Shown here in pieces: positions 49,961 to 60,834 of a stretch of DNA of 64,000 bases (its first letter is position 1; the number at the start of each line of letters is the position of its first letter). This stretch comes from Euprymna scolopes (lineage: Eukaryota). Location: the NCBI GenBank assembly GCA_053919585.1, contig CM132808.1; one strand, 5' to 3'. The notes under the pieces are model-generated. The model ran no database searches, had not been told where the DNA came from, and worked only from the letters and a program-made list of their open reading frames with translations. A program made the translations under genes and the position numbers.

Positions 49961-51666
49961 TGAAGCCTGGGAGTAACTGTTCCCGAAATGGGTGCTCATT
50001 TTATATTAAATTTATATAGGAAAGTGATACCCTCACTCTGACTTCCTTTATTGGAGATACTTTGTTTCAGACTGTTTACATGTAATCACTCCAAAAAAGT
50101 AGAATCTGATTTTTATTTTGGGGTAAACTACATCGGATGTGATAGTAAGAAAATAAACTAAACATGATCTAAATTTGATTAAAAGAAATAGTTTGCAATA
50201 AAAAAAAATATTAAAACTAAAGACAGATCTTATCCAGAATTCATCCTATATTAAAAAAAATAAATTAAAGAAAAGTATTTATGATGTATGTATCCGTGAC
50301 AACACGAAAAATATATTCCACACAACGTGTAAATTGATCAAGTAGTTTTAGTTTTATAAAGAAAATAATTTTTAAACAACTGATAGGAATCTGTAGGCAT
50401 TACAATATAAATCTAGCAAGTTGTAATTGTTGAGCTATTGCCCTTTGTTTCTTTTTTTAGATTTTTTTCAAAATGGTGGACAACACTATCGTTCTTCGGT
50501 CACTCATAAAATTTTATTTTTTTGTTAAAACAATAAAACTACTTGATAAATTTACCTGATTTTTGTTTCGTCACGGTTACGTACACCATAAAGATTTTTC
50601 TTCTTTTTTTCATTGTTTTTTTTTTCTTTTTCCATATAGGGGGCATTCTGGAGACGAACCCCCCCCCCCCCCCAAAAAAAAAAAAAATCATCATTTTCTC
50701 GCTCATAGGCAGTCAAAACATTAGTACGAATTATAGTACAGCACGTTTGCTGCTCAGTTCAAAACACGGCAATTAAAAAATTATTATCCTTTCGCAGAAA
50801 AGAAAATGAAAGCCCCGCGAGGAAGCTCAAAAATGGGGCTATCAACATTGGACACCGACTGCGAAGAATACAAAAACAAGCATGTGTTCTCCGCCTCTTT
50901 ATATAATAGCTACCCATAGGCATGTGACTGAAAGTCCCAGATGCCCTCTGCAATGGCCCTAAATCTCTCCCTTCCCCTCGATCCCCCCCTTTTCTTTATT
51001 CTTTTGTTTTTGCATACACAACAGGCCGTAGATGCTACACAAAAGGTTAAGTGTTTAGTTTCGCCTGGTTTTTAATCCACGCTGCTGACAAAAAAATAAA
51101 AAAAAAAAAACAAAAAAAAAAAACGAGTTGTAGACGCCGACGTGCAAGTAACGTATGTGCGTGAGGAAGGAGTTCGTGCATGCATACGTTCACACAGAGA
51201 AGAGGCGTGTGTAAGCGTGTAGCCCTCTTCGCTGTCTGATTGACTGCCGGTGAAAATAACGCGCGCGGCCGAGAGATGCGCGGTATATAATTAGAGTTCC
51301 GAGGAGATAAATAAATTAAAAAAAAAAGAATTACTCCACCACACTTGTCAACCTCCCTCCTCCATCCCCAGAGAGCTCAACAATTTCTACCCGCTGTTCA
51401 ACTCCTTAGTAGCGTTTTTAGACTTTATCAACAGGTGGCCAGTTTTTTGTTGTTATTATTCTCATAATTTCTTGGCTAAGCTTAAAAAGAGCGATTTCGA
51501 TTTAAAAAGAAAATAAGGAGAGTGGAAAGGAGTACAAAAGAAGGAGTGTTAAGCTTGAAAGGTGATGAAGGAGTTAGAACAAAGAGCGATTAAATGGAAA
51601 CATTTATGTCAAAGTGGCAAATTAGGTCAAAGATTGTGGTTCAGGCGGACTACATTCATCAAATGC

Positions 51667-52078
51667 TAGTGTTGAGACGATTAATCGGAATCGGAAAATC
51701 AGAACATTTGGGGTATCAGAATCGGTTTCTGATGCCAAAACGATTCTTTTGAGCCTTTTTATTTTTTTTTTTTAAGCAAAATCTTTCATTACTAGTAGTA
51801 ATGATAAAATAAATATTTAATGATTTTAAAATACCACTAAAACTAAAATCGATGGATCATCCCCCATAAGTATATTTTTATGTTTAAGAAAATATTTGCA
51901 TATTTAACGTGTGCGTGCGTGCGTTTTATGGTAATCGGGGAAAAATAACAACTCTACAGTTAAATATTTAGAGATTATTAGAGAATCGGAATCGATAATT
52001 GTATCGGAATCGGGAACTTACTACGGAATCAGTAATTGTATCTGGATCGGGTAAAATATTGGAATCGTCCCGTCACTA
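51667..52078 (+). mobile_element. Non-autonomous hAT-like element
   Basis: TIRs tagtgttgagacgatt / aatcgtcccgtcacta; degenerate 8-bp TSD tcaaatgc / tcaaaaac; gaatcgg subterminal repeats. Confidence 0.75.
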
Positions 52079-52104
52079 TCAAAAACTAATTACAAATGGT
52101 ATTT

Positions 52105-52330
52105 GCTGAATACGGGTCCCTAGTATTCCCCAGATTTGGAAAGGTGTTCTGATTCTCTTGAGCATCTAGAGCGACGTGCCATCAGATATATATTGCATAT
52201 TTCTTGCAGCGATATTGAAGGATATATGCTTGGATTAGATCTCCAGTGTACTCGCCAGAATGTAACAGTTGTTTCTGTTGCCTACAGATTATTTCATGGT
52301 TTTTTGCCCCACCGCAATATTTAAATACCG
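52105..52330 (+). mobile_element. Old LINE ORF2 C-terminal remnant
   Basis: EYGSLV...SLEHLERRAIRYI...LQCTRQNVTVVSVAYRLFHG parallels the EYC...LDRVQKR...RRNVASLxLFYRYFHG pattern. Confidence 0.55.
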
Positions 52331-52880
52331 CCCTGTGCTGCAGCTAAACAGACCAAACCTACGACAATATACGTTCACATTAGACTCTAAATAATCAGAT
52401 CAGGTGTTTGCTCAGGAATGCACTGATGATCTTTCGCACTGTGTTCTGCAGTCCTGAATGTGCTGCGTCAGAACTGTGTGAATGAATATGTATCACTGTC
52501 ACATTTTCAGAGTTCTGTATTGGCTAACTATCATGATGTACCGAAGTTTTATGCATCTACTAATTAGCTTAGTAACCTCTGTTTATTGCCAACAGTTTTA
52601 TGACCATGGGGTTTAGCAAAGAATTAAAAAAAACAACAAAAAAACAACAACAAAAAAAAAACATATGATCAAAAAAATATAGATATCAAACAATTTTCAG
52701 GATACTGGAAATTCCACGGTGGTTTACTGCCTTCTTTTTTTTCTTCTTCTTCTTCTTATTATAAAGCATTCATAGTAAAAAAACAAAAACTCATCTAGCT
52801 ACAACCACTATAAAAGAATTTTCCTTTCTTCCTCTGTTTACCCGGAGCTAAGTGGAAATTTCATGAGCAGAGTTCATTTA

Positions 52881-52911
<31 letters not shown>

Positions 52912-54034
52912 CTTCCTCTAATTTTTCTTCCAAAATTGAAAAGCAATTAGTTACACATCTCTTTTCGCTGCTAACCGGTCAAGAATTGGCTGCTCATTTA
53001 ACGCTGAATTTATATAGGAATATGATCCCCCACTCGAAAATCTGAAAATGTTTGTCAACTAAATATAGCGTTCAACATTTTAATTTATTCATTCATCATG
53101 TTTTGGAATTTTGCAGACGGGGTTGGTAGTAATATTACACGTTTAGACAAGATTAGTTTTGTTTGGATCTTTTTCTAATGCTCTCATCATTATTCGCAGA
53201 ACGCTTCGGCCGATGTAACCTCCAACCTTCTTCAGGTTTATATTGTCACGAAAATTTGAACCAAACCTTTTATTTAATTCACACAGGTAGCATGCACTCA
53301 TTCCGTCAGCCATGAAGTCTTAAGTAATTCACAATTGCATTCTTAGTATAGCCCACATTGAAGATTGAACCTTCATAAGAGTGTCACTTAGAACTGAATT
53401 GGACCATAGTACTTTATCCATTACACCACAAGTCCTTGCAGACACTTCTAGTATGAATTTTGAGAACCTTAAACCTATTCTTTTTTTTTTCTTCTTATAA
53501 TACACAATCTTACTACTTCTAACTATAGACCACTACTTATTACTATACATATATATATATATATATTTGTGTGTGTGTGTGTGCGTATTATCAAAGAGTA
53601 AAAGCAAAACTTATCAAGATAAGAAAGTTCAACACTATTATGAGGAGCAAACAACAATATTAAATGAAAGAAGGGGGAATAAAAATTATATATTACTTTA
53701 TTATATCATCAGAACAATAAAGAGAAGTTAAGAGGAAAATTAAGAAAAAAAAAACTCTTTAGGCCATGGCATTTCGAAACTAAATGCTTCTCATCAAAAG
53801 AGAAGATGGGCCAGAATTATACAAAATGCAAATATATATAAAAAAAAAAGAAAAAAAAAGTGGCTTAATGACATGAGAATGAAGGAATGGGATAATATGG
53901 TAAATAGTAATTACAACTAGGCACAACAGAATAAGGATAAATCGGATGGGTAGTATATATGTGGGTAATAGTTAAAAATAAAATTAAAAAATTGGAGGCT
54001 ATATATATATATATATATATATATATTACAAGGG

Positions 54035-54630
54035 TGTCACCACTTATCAAGGCCCAAAGGCCACTCGAGGAAAGGGGTAAATGAATGTAAAGTAGTGGTG
54101 TAGTAGTCGTTAATAATGTAAATTGGGAAGAATTTTGATTATTTAAGAGGACGGCTCAACAAGAATTTGCTTACATTGTACTTGAAGGCTACAATATTGT
54201 AGTCGGCAAGGAAGCAGGCCAGTGGAACAGTGTTCCACAGGTGGGCAGTTTTAGGAAAGAAGCTTTGTTCATGGATCTGTGTTTAGATTTAGGCATAGAT
54301 AGAGAGTGGGGAAATTGTTGATAATGGCTGCAGCTAGTCAAGTGCTTTTGCAAGAAGGGATCATAGATTGGAACTCAGGCGAGCAATTGCTATGAAAATA
54401 ACAATATAGCAGAAACAAGCTTGCAGCGTCTCTTCTGTGGGAAAGCTTTGCAGAGAAGAGAAAAGAACATCCCCTACTAGATTTCAAAGTCGGATTTGAA
54501 CTCTATCAAGGCTGGATAGGACATGCCAAAGAGCACCTGTCCAGATGTGGCCACAGTACTCCATTTTAGGATGTACTTGGCTTTAATATAGGCAGAGGAT
54601 TGCGTCCGCAGTGAGATAGCTACTAAAGCA
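54035..54630 (-). mobile_element. 5'-truncated LINE (second family)
   Basis: Minus strand LTADAILCLY...SQVHPKMEYCGHIWTGALWHVLSSLDRVQIRL*NLVGD...HRRDAASLFLLYCYFH. Confidence 0.85.
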
Positions 54631-54715
54631 GTAGACTTTGATATATATATATAGTTAAAAAAAGATGCATTCCGCACCATTGATATGAGAGAAATTACAC
54701 ACATATCTACTAATA

Positions 54716-55420
54716 GCACATTTCTGACCCCCACAAGATCCCTGGAACACATTTCTGTCTCTCACAAGATCCTTAGCACACGTTTCTGTCTCCCACAAGA
54801 TCCCTTGCACACATTTATGACCCCCACAAGATCCCTGGAACACATTTCTAACCCCCACAAGATCCCTGGAACACATTTGTCTCCCACAAGATCCCTTGCA
54901 TACATTTCTGACCCTCACAAGATCCCTTGCACACATTTCTGTCTCCCACAAGATCCCTGGAACACATTTGTCTCCCACAAGATCCTGTGCACACATTTCT
55001 GTCTCCCACAAGATCCCTTGCACACATTTCTGTCTCCCACAAGATCCCTGGAACACATTTCTGACCCCCACAAAATCCCTTGCACACATTTCTGACTCTC
55101 ACAAGATCCCTTGCACACATTTCTGACTCTCACAAGATCCCTTGCACACATTTCTGACTCTCACAAGATCCCTTGCACACATTTCTGACCCCCACAAGAT
55201 CTCTTGCACACATTTCTAACCCTCACAAGATCTCTTGCACACATTTCTGACCCCCACAAGATCCCTCGCACACATTTCTGACTCCAATAATGTCCCTCGC
55301 ACACATTTCTGACTCCCACAAGATCCCTGGCACACATTTATGACCCCCCCCCCACAAGATCCCTGGCACACATTTATGACCCCCCCCTCGCCACAAGATC
55401 CTTGGCACACATTTCTGACT
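54716..55420. repeat. ~31-bp minisatellite, ~23 units (cacaagatcccttgcacacatttctgwcycc)
   Basis: Directly visible; units are mostly 29-31 bp, so reading frames shift. Confidence 0.95.
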
Positions 55421-55590
55421 GAATTTTTCTAGTATATTTTTACCTTCCTAAGATCCTTCTGATACATTTTTCTCTCAAAGTTCTTTCTTGTTTTTTTTCC
55501 ATGATGCAATGAAAACAACCAATCAATCATCTTCAATTATTAACTGCTTCAGTTTATCTATGTTATGCTAATCCATTTTGGATTATTTAA

Positions 55591-56052
55591 TCTATATAAA
55601 TAAAACAGTAGCTATATGTGTGTATCTGCATGAAAATATTTAACTTATAATCCTTAAACTACACGTCACATAACACTGAACTTAACAGAAAATAGTAATC
55701 ATTCACCAACAATGGACGAACAAATCGTCTGCCCGCAAGTCGAAATGCAAAATATTCATTTCACTTTACCAACTACCTATTACTTTTGCACATGTGCAAA
55801 TTTATTCATAAGTTTGAGTGGTTTAATTTTAAATCTTTCTTATTTATCTGTCGATAGCTTAAACAGTTTGGAGCGCTAAATGTTTTTCTTTTGATTCTAG
55901 CATCCAAGTTATTTTTTTAAACTTTTGAAACCAGTACTATATATAATATTCAATAAATGATTGGCTCTGTATTAATAAATACGTCATTTTCATGAATTAA
56001 AATATATTTAAGCGTATTTTACGATTGGGCAAGGTCGCGTACACCCCGCTAG
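55591..56052 (+). mobile_element. Non-autonomous Helitron-like element
   Basis: a|TCtatataaataaaac...gggcaaggtcgcgtacaccccgCTAG|t. Confidence 0.7.
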
Positions 56053-56133
56053 TATTGAATAAGACAAACCTATTTATCGAAAAACAATTACTTGAGGAGT
56101 TGGATTTTATTTTTATAGGATATTAAACGTTTT

Positions 56134-58485
56134 ATGGATTATGTAATACGTGTTGGAAACGATTCATTGATTTGTTCAGTTTATCCATTTCACAGCACGT
56201 CATCACTTTTTCAATTAGTTAACACTAGTGAAACAATCCAATTAGTTAACACTAGTGAAACAATCCAATTAGTTAACACTAGTGAAACAATCCAATTAGT
56301 TAACACTAGTGAAACAATCCAATTAGTTAACACTAGTGAAACAATCCAATTAGTTAACACTAGTGAAACAATCCAATTAGTTAACACTAGTGAAACAGTC
56401 CAATTAGTGAACACTAGTGAAACAATCCAATTAGTTAACACTAGTGAAACAATCCAATTAGTTAACACTAGTGAAACAATCCAATTAGTGAACACTAGTG
56501 AAACAATCCAATTAGTGAACACTAGTGAAACAATCCAATTAGTTAACACTAGTGAAACAATCCAATTAGTTAACACTAGTGAAACAATCCAATTAGTTAA
56601 CACTAGTGAAACAATCCAATTAGTTAACACTAGTGAAACAATCCAATTAGTTAACACTAGTGAAACAATCCAATTAGTGAACACTAGTGAAACAATCCAA
56701 TTAGTGAACACTAGTGAAACAATCCAATTAGTTAACACTAGTGAAACAATCCAATTAGTTAACACTAGTGAAACAATCCAATTAGTTAACACTAGTGAAA
56801 CAATCCAATTAGTGAACACTAGTGAAACAATCCAATTAGTTAACACGAGTGAAACAATTCAATTAGTTAACACTAGTGAAACAATCCAATTAGTTAACAC
56901 TAGTGAAACAATCCAATTAGTTAACACTAGTGAAACAATCCAATTAGTTAACACTAGTGAAACAATCCAATTAGTTAACACTAGTGAAACAATTCAATTA
57001 GTTAACACGAGTGAAACAATCCAATTAGTTAACACTAGTGAAACAATCCAATTAGTTAACACTAGTGAAACAATCCAATTAGTTAACACTAGTGAAACAA
57101 TCCAATTAGTTAACACTAGTGAAACAATCCAATTAGTGAACACTAGTGAAACAATCCAATTAGTTAACACTAGTGAAACAATCCAATTAGTTAACACTAG
57201 TGAAACAATCCAATTAGTTAACACTAGTGAAACAATCCAATTAGTTAACACTAGTGAAACAATCCAATTAGTTAACACTAGTGAAACAATCCAATTAGTT
57301 AACACTAGTGAAACAATCCAATTAGTTAACACTAGTGAAACAATCCAATTAGTTAACACTAGTGAAACAATCCAATTAGTGAACACTAGTGAAACAATCC
57401 AATTAGTTAACACTAGTGAAACAATCCAATTAGTTAACACTAGTGAAACAATCCAATTAGTTAACACTAGTGAAACAATCCAATTAGTGAACACTAGTGA
57501 AACAATCCAATTAGTTAACACGAGTGAAACAATTCAATTAGTTAACACTAGTGAAACAATCCAATTAGTTAACACTAGTGAAACAATCCAATTAGTTAAC
57601 ACTAGTGAAACAATCCAATTAGTTAACACTAGTGAAACAATCCAATTAGTTAACACTAGTGAAACAATCCAATTAGTTAACACTAGTGAAACAATTCAAT
57701 TAGTTAACACGAGTGAAACAATCCAATTAGTTAACACTAGTGAAACAATCCAATTAGTTAACACTAGTGAAACAATCCAATTAGTTAACACTAGTGAAAC
57801 AATCCAATTAGTTAACACTAGTGAAACAATCCAATTAGTTAACACTAGTGAAACAATCCAATTAGTTAACACTAGTGAAACAATCCAATTAGTTAACACT
57901 AGTGAAACAATCCAATTAGTTAACACTAGTGAAACAATCCAATTAGTTAACACTAGTGAAACAATCCAATTAGTTAACACTAGTGAAACAATTCAATTAG
58001 TTAGCACTAGTGAAACAATCCAATTAGTTAACACTAGTGAAACAATCCAATTAGTTAACACTAGTGAAACAATCCAATTAGTTAACACTAGTGAAACAAT
58101 CCAATTAGTTAACACTAGTGAAACAATCCAATTAGTTAACACTAGTGAAACAATCCAATTAGTTAACACTAGTGAAACAATCCAATTAGTTAACACTAGT
58201 GAAACAATCCAATTAGTTAACACGAGTGAAACAATCCAATTAGTTAACACTAGTGAAACAATCCAATTAGTTAACACTAGTGAAACAATTCAATTAGTTA
58301 ACACTAGTGAAACAATTCAATTAGTTAACACGAGTGAAACAATTCAATTAGTTAACACTAGTGAAACAATCCAATTAGTTAACACTAGTGAAACAATCCA
58401 ATTAGTTAACACTAGTGAAACAATCCAATTAGTTAACACGAGTGAAACAATTCAATTAGTTAACACTAGTGAAACAATACTCTAA
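56134..58485 (+). CDS. Hypothetical repeat protein or terminal exon (QLVNTSETI)x84; coding status unproven
   Basis: 783-codon open frame; recurrent variants are all synonymous; an in-frame acceptor-like ttttatttttatag ends at 56118. It may simply be a non-coding minisatellite. Confidence 0.25.
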   Translation: MDYVIRVGNDSLICSVYPFHSTSSLFQLVNTSETIQLVNTSETIQLVNTSETIQLVNTSETIQLVNTSETIQLVNTSETIQLVNTSETVQLVNTSETIQLVNTSETIQLVNTSETIQLVNTSETIQLVNTSETIQLVNTSETIQLVNTSETIQLVNTSETIQLVNTSETIQLVNTSETIQLVNTSETIQLVNTSETIQLVNTSETIQLVNTSETIQLVNTSETIQLVNTSETIQLVNTSETIQLVNTSETIQLVNTSETIQLVNTSETIQLVNTSETIQLVNTSETIQLVNTSETIQLVNTSETIQLVNTSETIQLVNTSETIQLVNTSETIQLVNTSETIQLVNTSETIQLVNTSETIQLVNTSETIQLVNTSETIQLVNTSETIQLVNTSETIQLVNTSETIQLVNTSETIQLVNTSETIQLVNTSETIQLVNTSETIQLVNTSETIQLVNTSETIQLVNTSETIQLVNTSETIQLVNTSETIQLVNTSETIQLVNTSETIQLVNTSETIQLVNTSETIQLVNTSETIQLVNTSETIQLVNTSETIQLVNTSETIQLVNTSETIQLVNTSETIQLVNTSETIQLVNTSETIQLVNTSETIQLVNTSETIQLVNTSETIQLVSTSETIQLVNTSETIQLVNTSETIQLVNTSETIQLVNTSETIQLVNTSETIQLVNTSETIQLVNTSETIQLVNTSETIQLVNTSETIQLVNTSETIQLVNTSETIQLVNTSETIQLVNTSETIQLVNTSETIQLVNTSETIQLVNTSETIQLVNTSETIL
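56212..58479. repeat. Highly homogeneous 27-bp tandem array, 84 units (caattagttaacactagtgaaacaatc)
   Basis: 2268 bp = 84 x 27; no indels and only five distinct internal substitutions seen. Confidence 0.98.
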
Positions 58486-59266
58486 TTGCTGTTGTACACA
58501 GACTCGTTGTACACCAGTGGATTTTATTCAATGGGGACAATTGTCAAAATGACGATGTGAATTGTGACAGGTTTTCTCTTTTAGCCTTCTCAGCCAGGGA
58601 TTTTTCCCCCCTCAGCACCAACAGAATCTACGTCATTTCTGAAATGGCCTTTTCCCTGTTGATAGTGGTGCCTTGCTAGTCCTGTACGATTCTAGGAAGC
58701 CCAACCTACCAGGCTTCGCCTTCTCTTTTTGAGAAGGGATTAGTTTATTACTAATTGCCTGAGGCGCCCCTACCGGAGAATATCAACCGGATATCCTAGG
58801 CATTTTTTTTTTTTTGTTGTTCTGCAGGCCAGAATGCTTTTTATCTAGGGTGCTGACTCTTCAAGCTCACTTTCTGACCTTTGTGTCACATCTTCCTGTC
58901 ATGGGAGGGAGATAAATAACTTTCTGATTAGCCTTGTATTTATCTTTTTTGTTTTTCTCTCATTTCACTTCTCATCTAAAGTGGGAAGTTAGAACGAGTG
59001 AAATTCCTTAAAACTGATCCAGTAATCATAACTGATATTTTTTAATGACTTTAAACTTCTGTTAAACCATACAATACAAAATCGTGTATGCACATTTTTC
59101 TAGTTACACTGCAGACCACAAGTCTTATGCCAACTATGATCTGTCGTCCTAGTTGGTGGCTGGTAGATCAGAAGGATTACTCAGGATTTTCCAACAGCAC
59201 TCATAAGGGAAATTCTAGTTAGTGATGAAGTCCATTCTTATGGGATTAATGACTATTTATTAATAA

Positions 59267-59296
59267 CTAGCAGGACTTCCCGGCGTTGCCCGGGGC
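59267..59296 (-). mobile_element. 3' end of a Helitron-like element (5' extent not resolved)
   Basis: a|ctagcaggacttcccggcgttgcccgggg. Confidence 0.6.
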
Positions 59297-60771
59297 TATA
59301 AAAAACAAAACAAAACAAATAGAAATTAAAAAGTGTGTGTAACTTATTTATATTAAAACTTCTACCCCCCCCTCTCTCATTCTTTCTAGCCGTCTGCTTA
59401 TCTTTCTCTCTTTCCCCTCTCCATCATGTTTTGTCCTCATCTTTAACCCTCTCTTTATCCTCCACTCAACCCATTTCTCTTTCTTGTTTTAATGTGCTAA
59501 AAAAAAGTTATAATGTAATTTACATAACCTATAGCTTTTAAATGTAATACCGAATTCTTACAGTTATCAGTAATTTTATTTTCTTTGAAAAGTCTTATTC
59601 TTTTTATTTACCATAAATAGTTAAACCAAAAATAGTTACAATTTTGTTTTAGGAAGCTATACAAACGAATGTAAGACAGTTTACAGAGCCTCTCATTTGG
59701 TGGAGATGGCTATTTTAGCTAGTATATATAAATTATCTTTTGCATTATTTTTGTTTCTTTTTTTTTTCTTTGGGATTTGTGCATCTTTTTCTTTCTTTTT
59801 TCTTCTTTTTTTGGGAGGTAAGGTGGTTGGAAGGAGGTTTATTGTTGGAGTTTTTTTGCTGGCTTCCTTTGTCGACAAAAGAAAAGACCATGACAAGCTG
59901 CTTTTCTCTGAGAAAGAGATGGGGAGAGACAGAGATGGAGCAGAGAGAGGGAAAAGAGAGAAGGAGAGAGGAGGGGAGAACCAACGTCCAATCTCTGAAC
60001 ATCTGAGGTTCGATATGTTCTCTTCATATGCAAATTTTATACAAAAAAACAATGTCTCATAAATCCTTTGGCCTCATGATGTAATGGTGACAGGTGGTAC
60101 CCCCCTCTTGAGTGGGGGTAACATTGGGCAAGAACATATAAGCAGATGCCAAAACAATCAAGACAAAACCTAACAAGGTGGCCATATTGTTTGGTGGATT
60201 GCAAGAAAGGTCTACAATGACATAAACATCTTGTTTGTTTTTTTTTAATCTTTAGTGGTTGTATTATTATTTGTAATCTTTTTCTCCCCCCCCCCCAAAC
60301 AAGGGTAACCTTCCATCATACAAAGAAGTTCGGGGACAATCAGAGTTTGGACGCTGAAGAGAGCAGTCTTAATTCAAGGGCTGAGTTCATCTGGGCTTTA
60401 AGAGAGAGACTGCAATAGAGATCCGTGTGTGTGATTAACATCCTTGGGATACAGAAACATTTCCATTGAAAAAAGAAATACTCCAAAAGTGAAAGCCGAA
60501 TATACTAAAGGAAGACAAAAATAATTATGAAAAAAGTCAGAAACTCAAATGCATGAATACTGAATTCGAAATGAATTCCTGTCTTTAAAGGTTTAAAACA
60601 GCAATGAAAAAATGGCATTAGTAAAATCAGAGAGAGGATAAAGAAAAAAGGATTGGTGATATTGGATTTTACCTGTGAGCGAAGTTTTACAATTCGAGTG
60701 AAGTTTAACAAAAAAGGAAAATCAAAATTTGAGAAATGATCTTTGCATAAAAATACCTAAAAAAGTTATGT

Positions 60772-60834
<63 letters not shown>

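Noticed and set aside
54716-55420. Cys-rich ORFs on both strands, or a CRISPR-like array
   Set aside because: The unit length is not a multiple of 3 and varies, so the ORFs are by-products of the minisatellite; there are no spacers.
56211-58277. Minus-strand (LTNWIVSLV)n ORFs
   Set aside because: Repeatedly broken by the recurrent TGG>TGA variant, and they lack ATG starts.
56212-58479. CRISPR-like array
   Set aside because: Units are contiguous with no unique spacers, there are no cas genes, and the context is eukaryotic.
59693-60062. Overlapping 60-120 aa ORFs resembling membrane or basic proteins
   Set aside because: Low-complexity T-rich and GA-rich sequence, open in several frames, with no recognisable domain.
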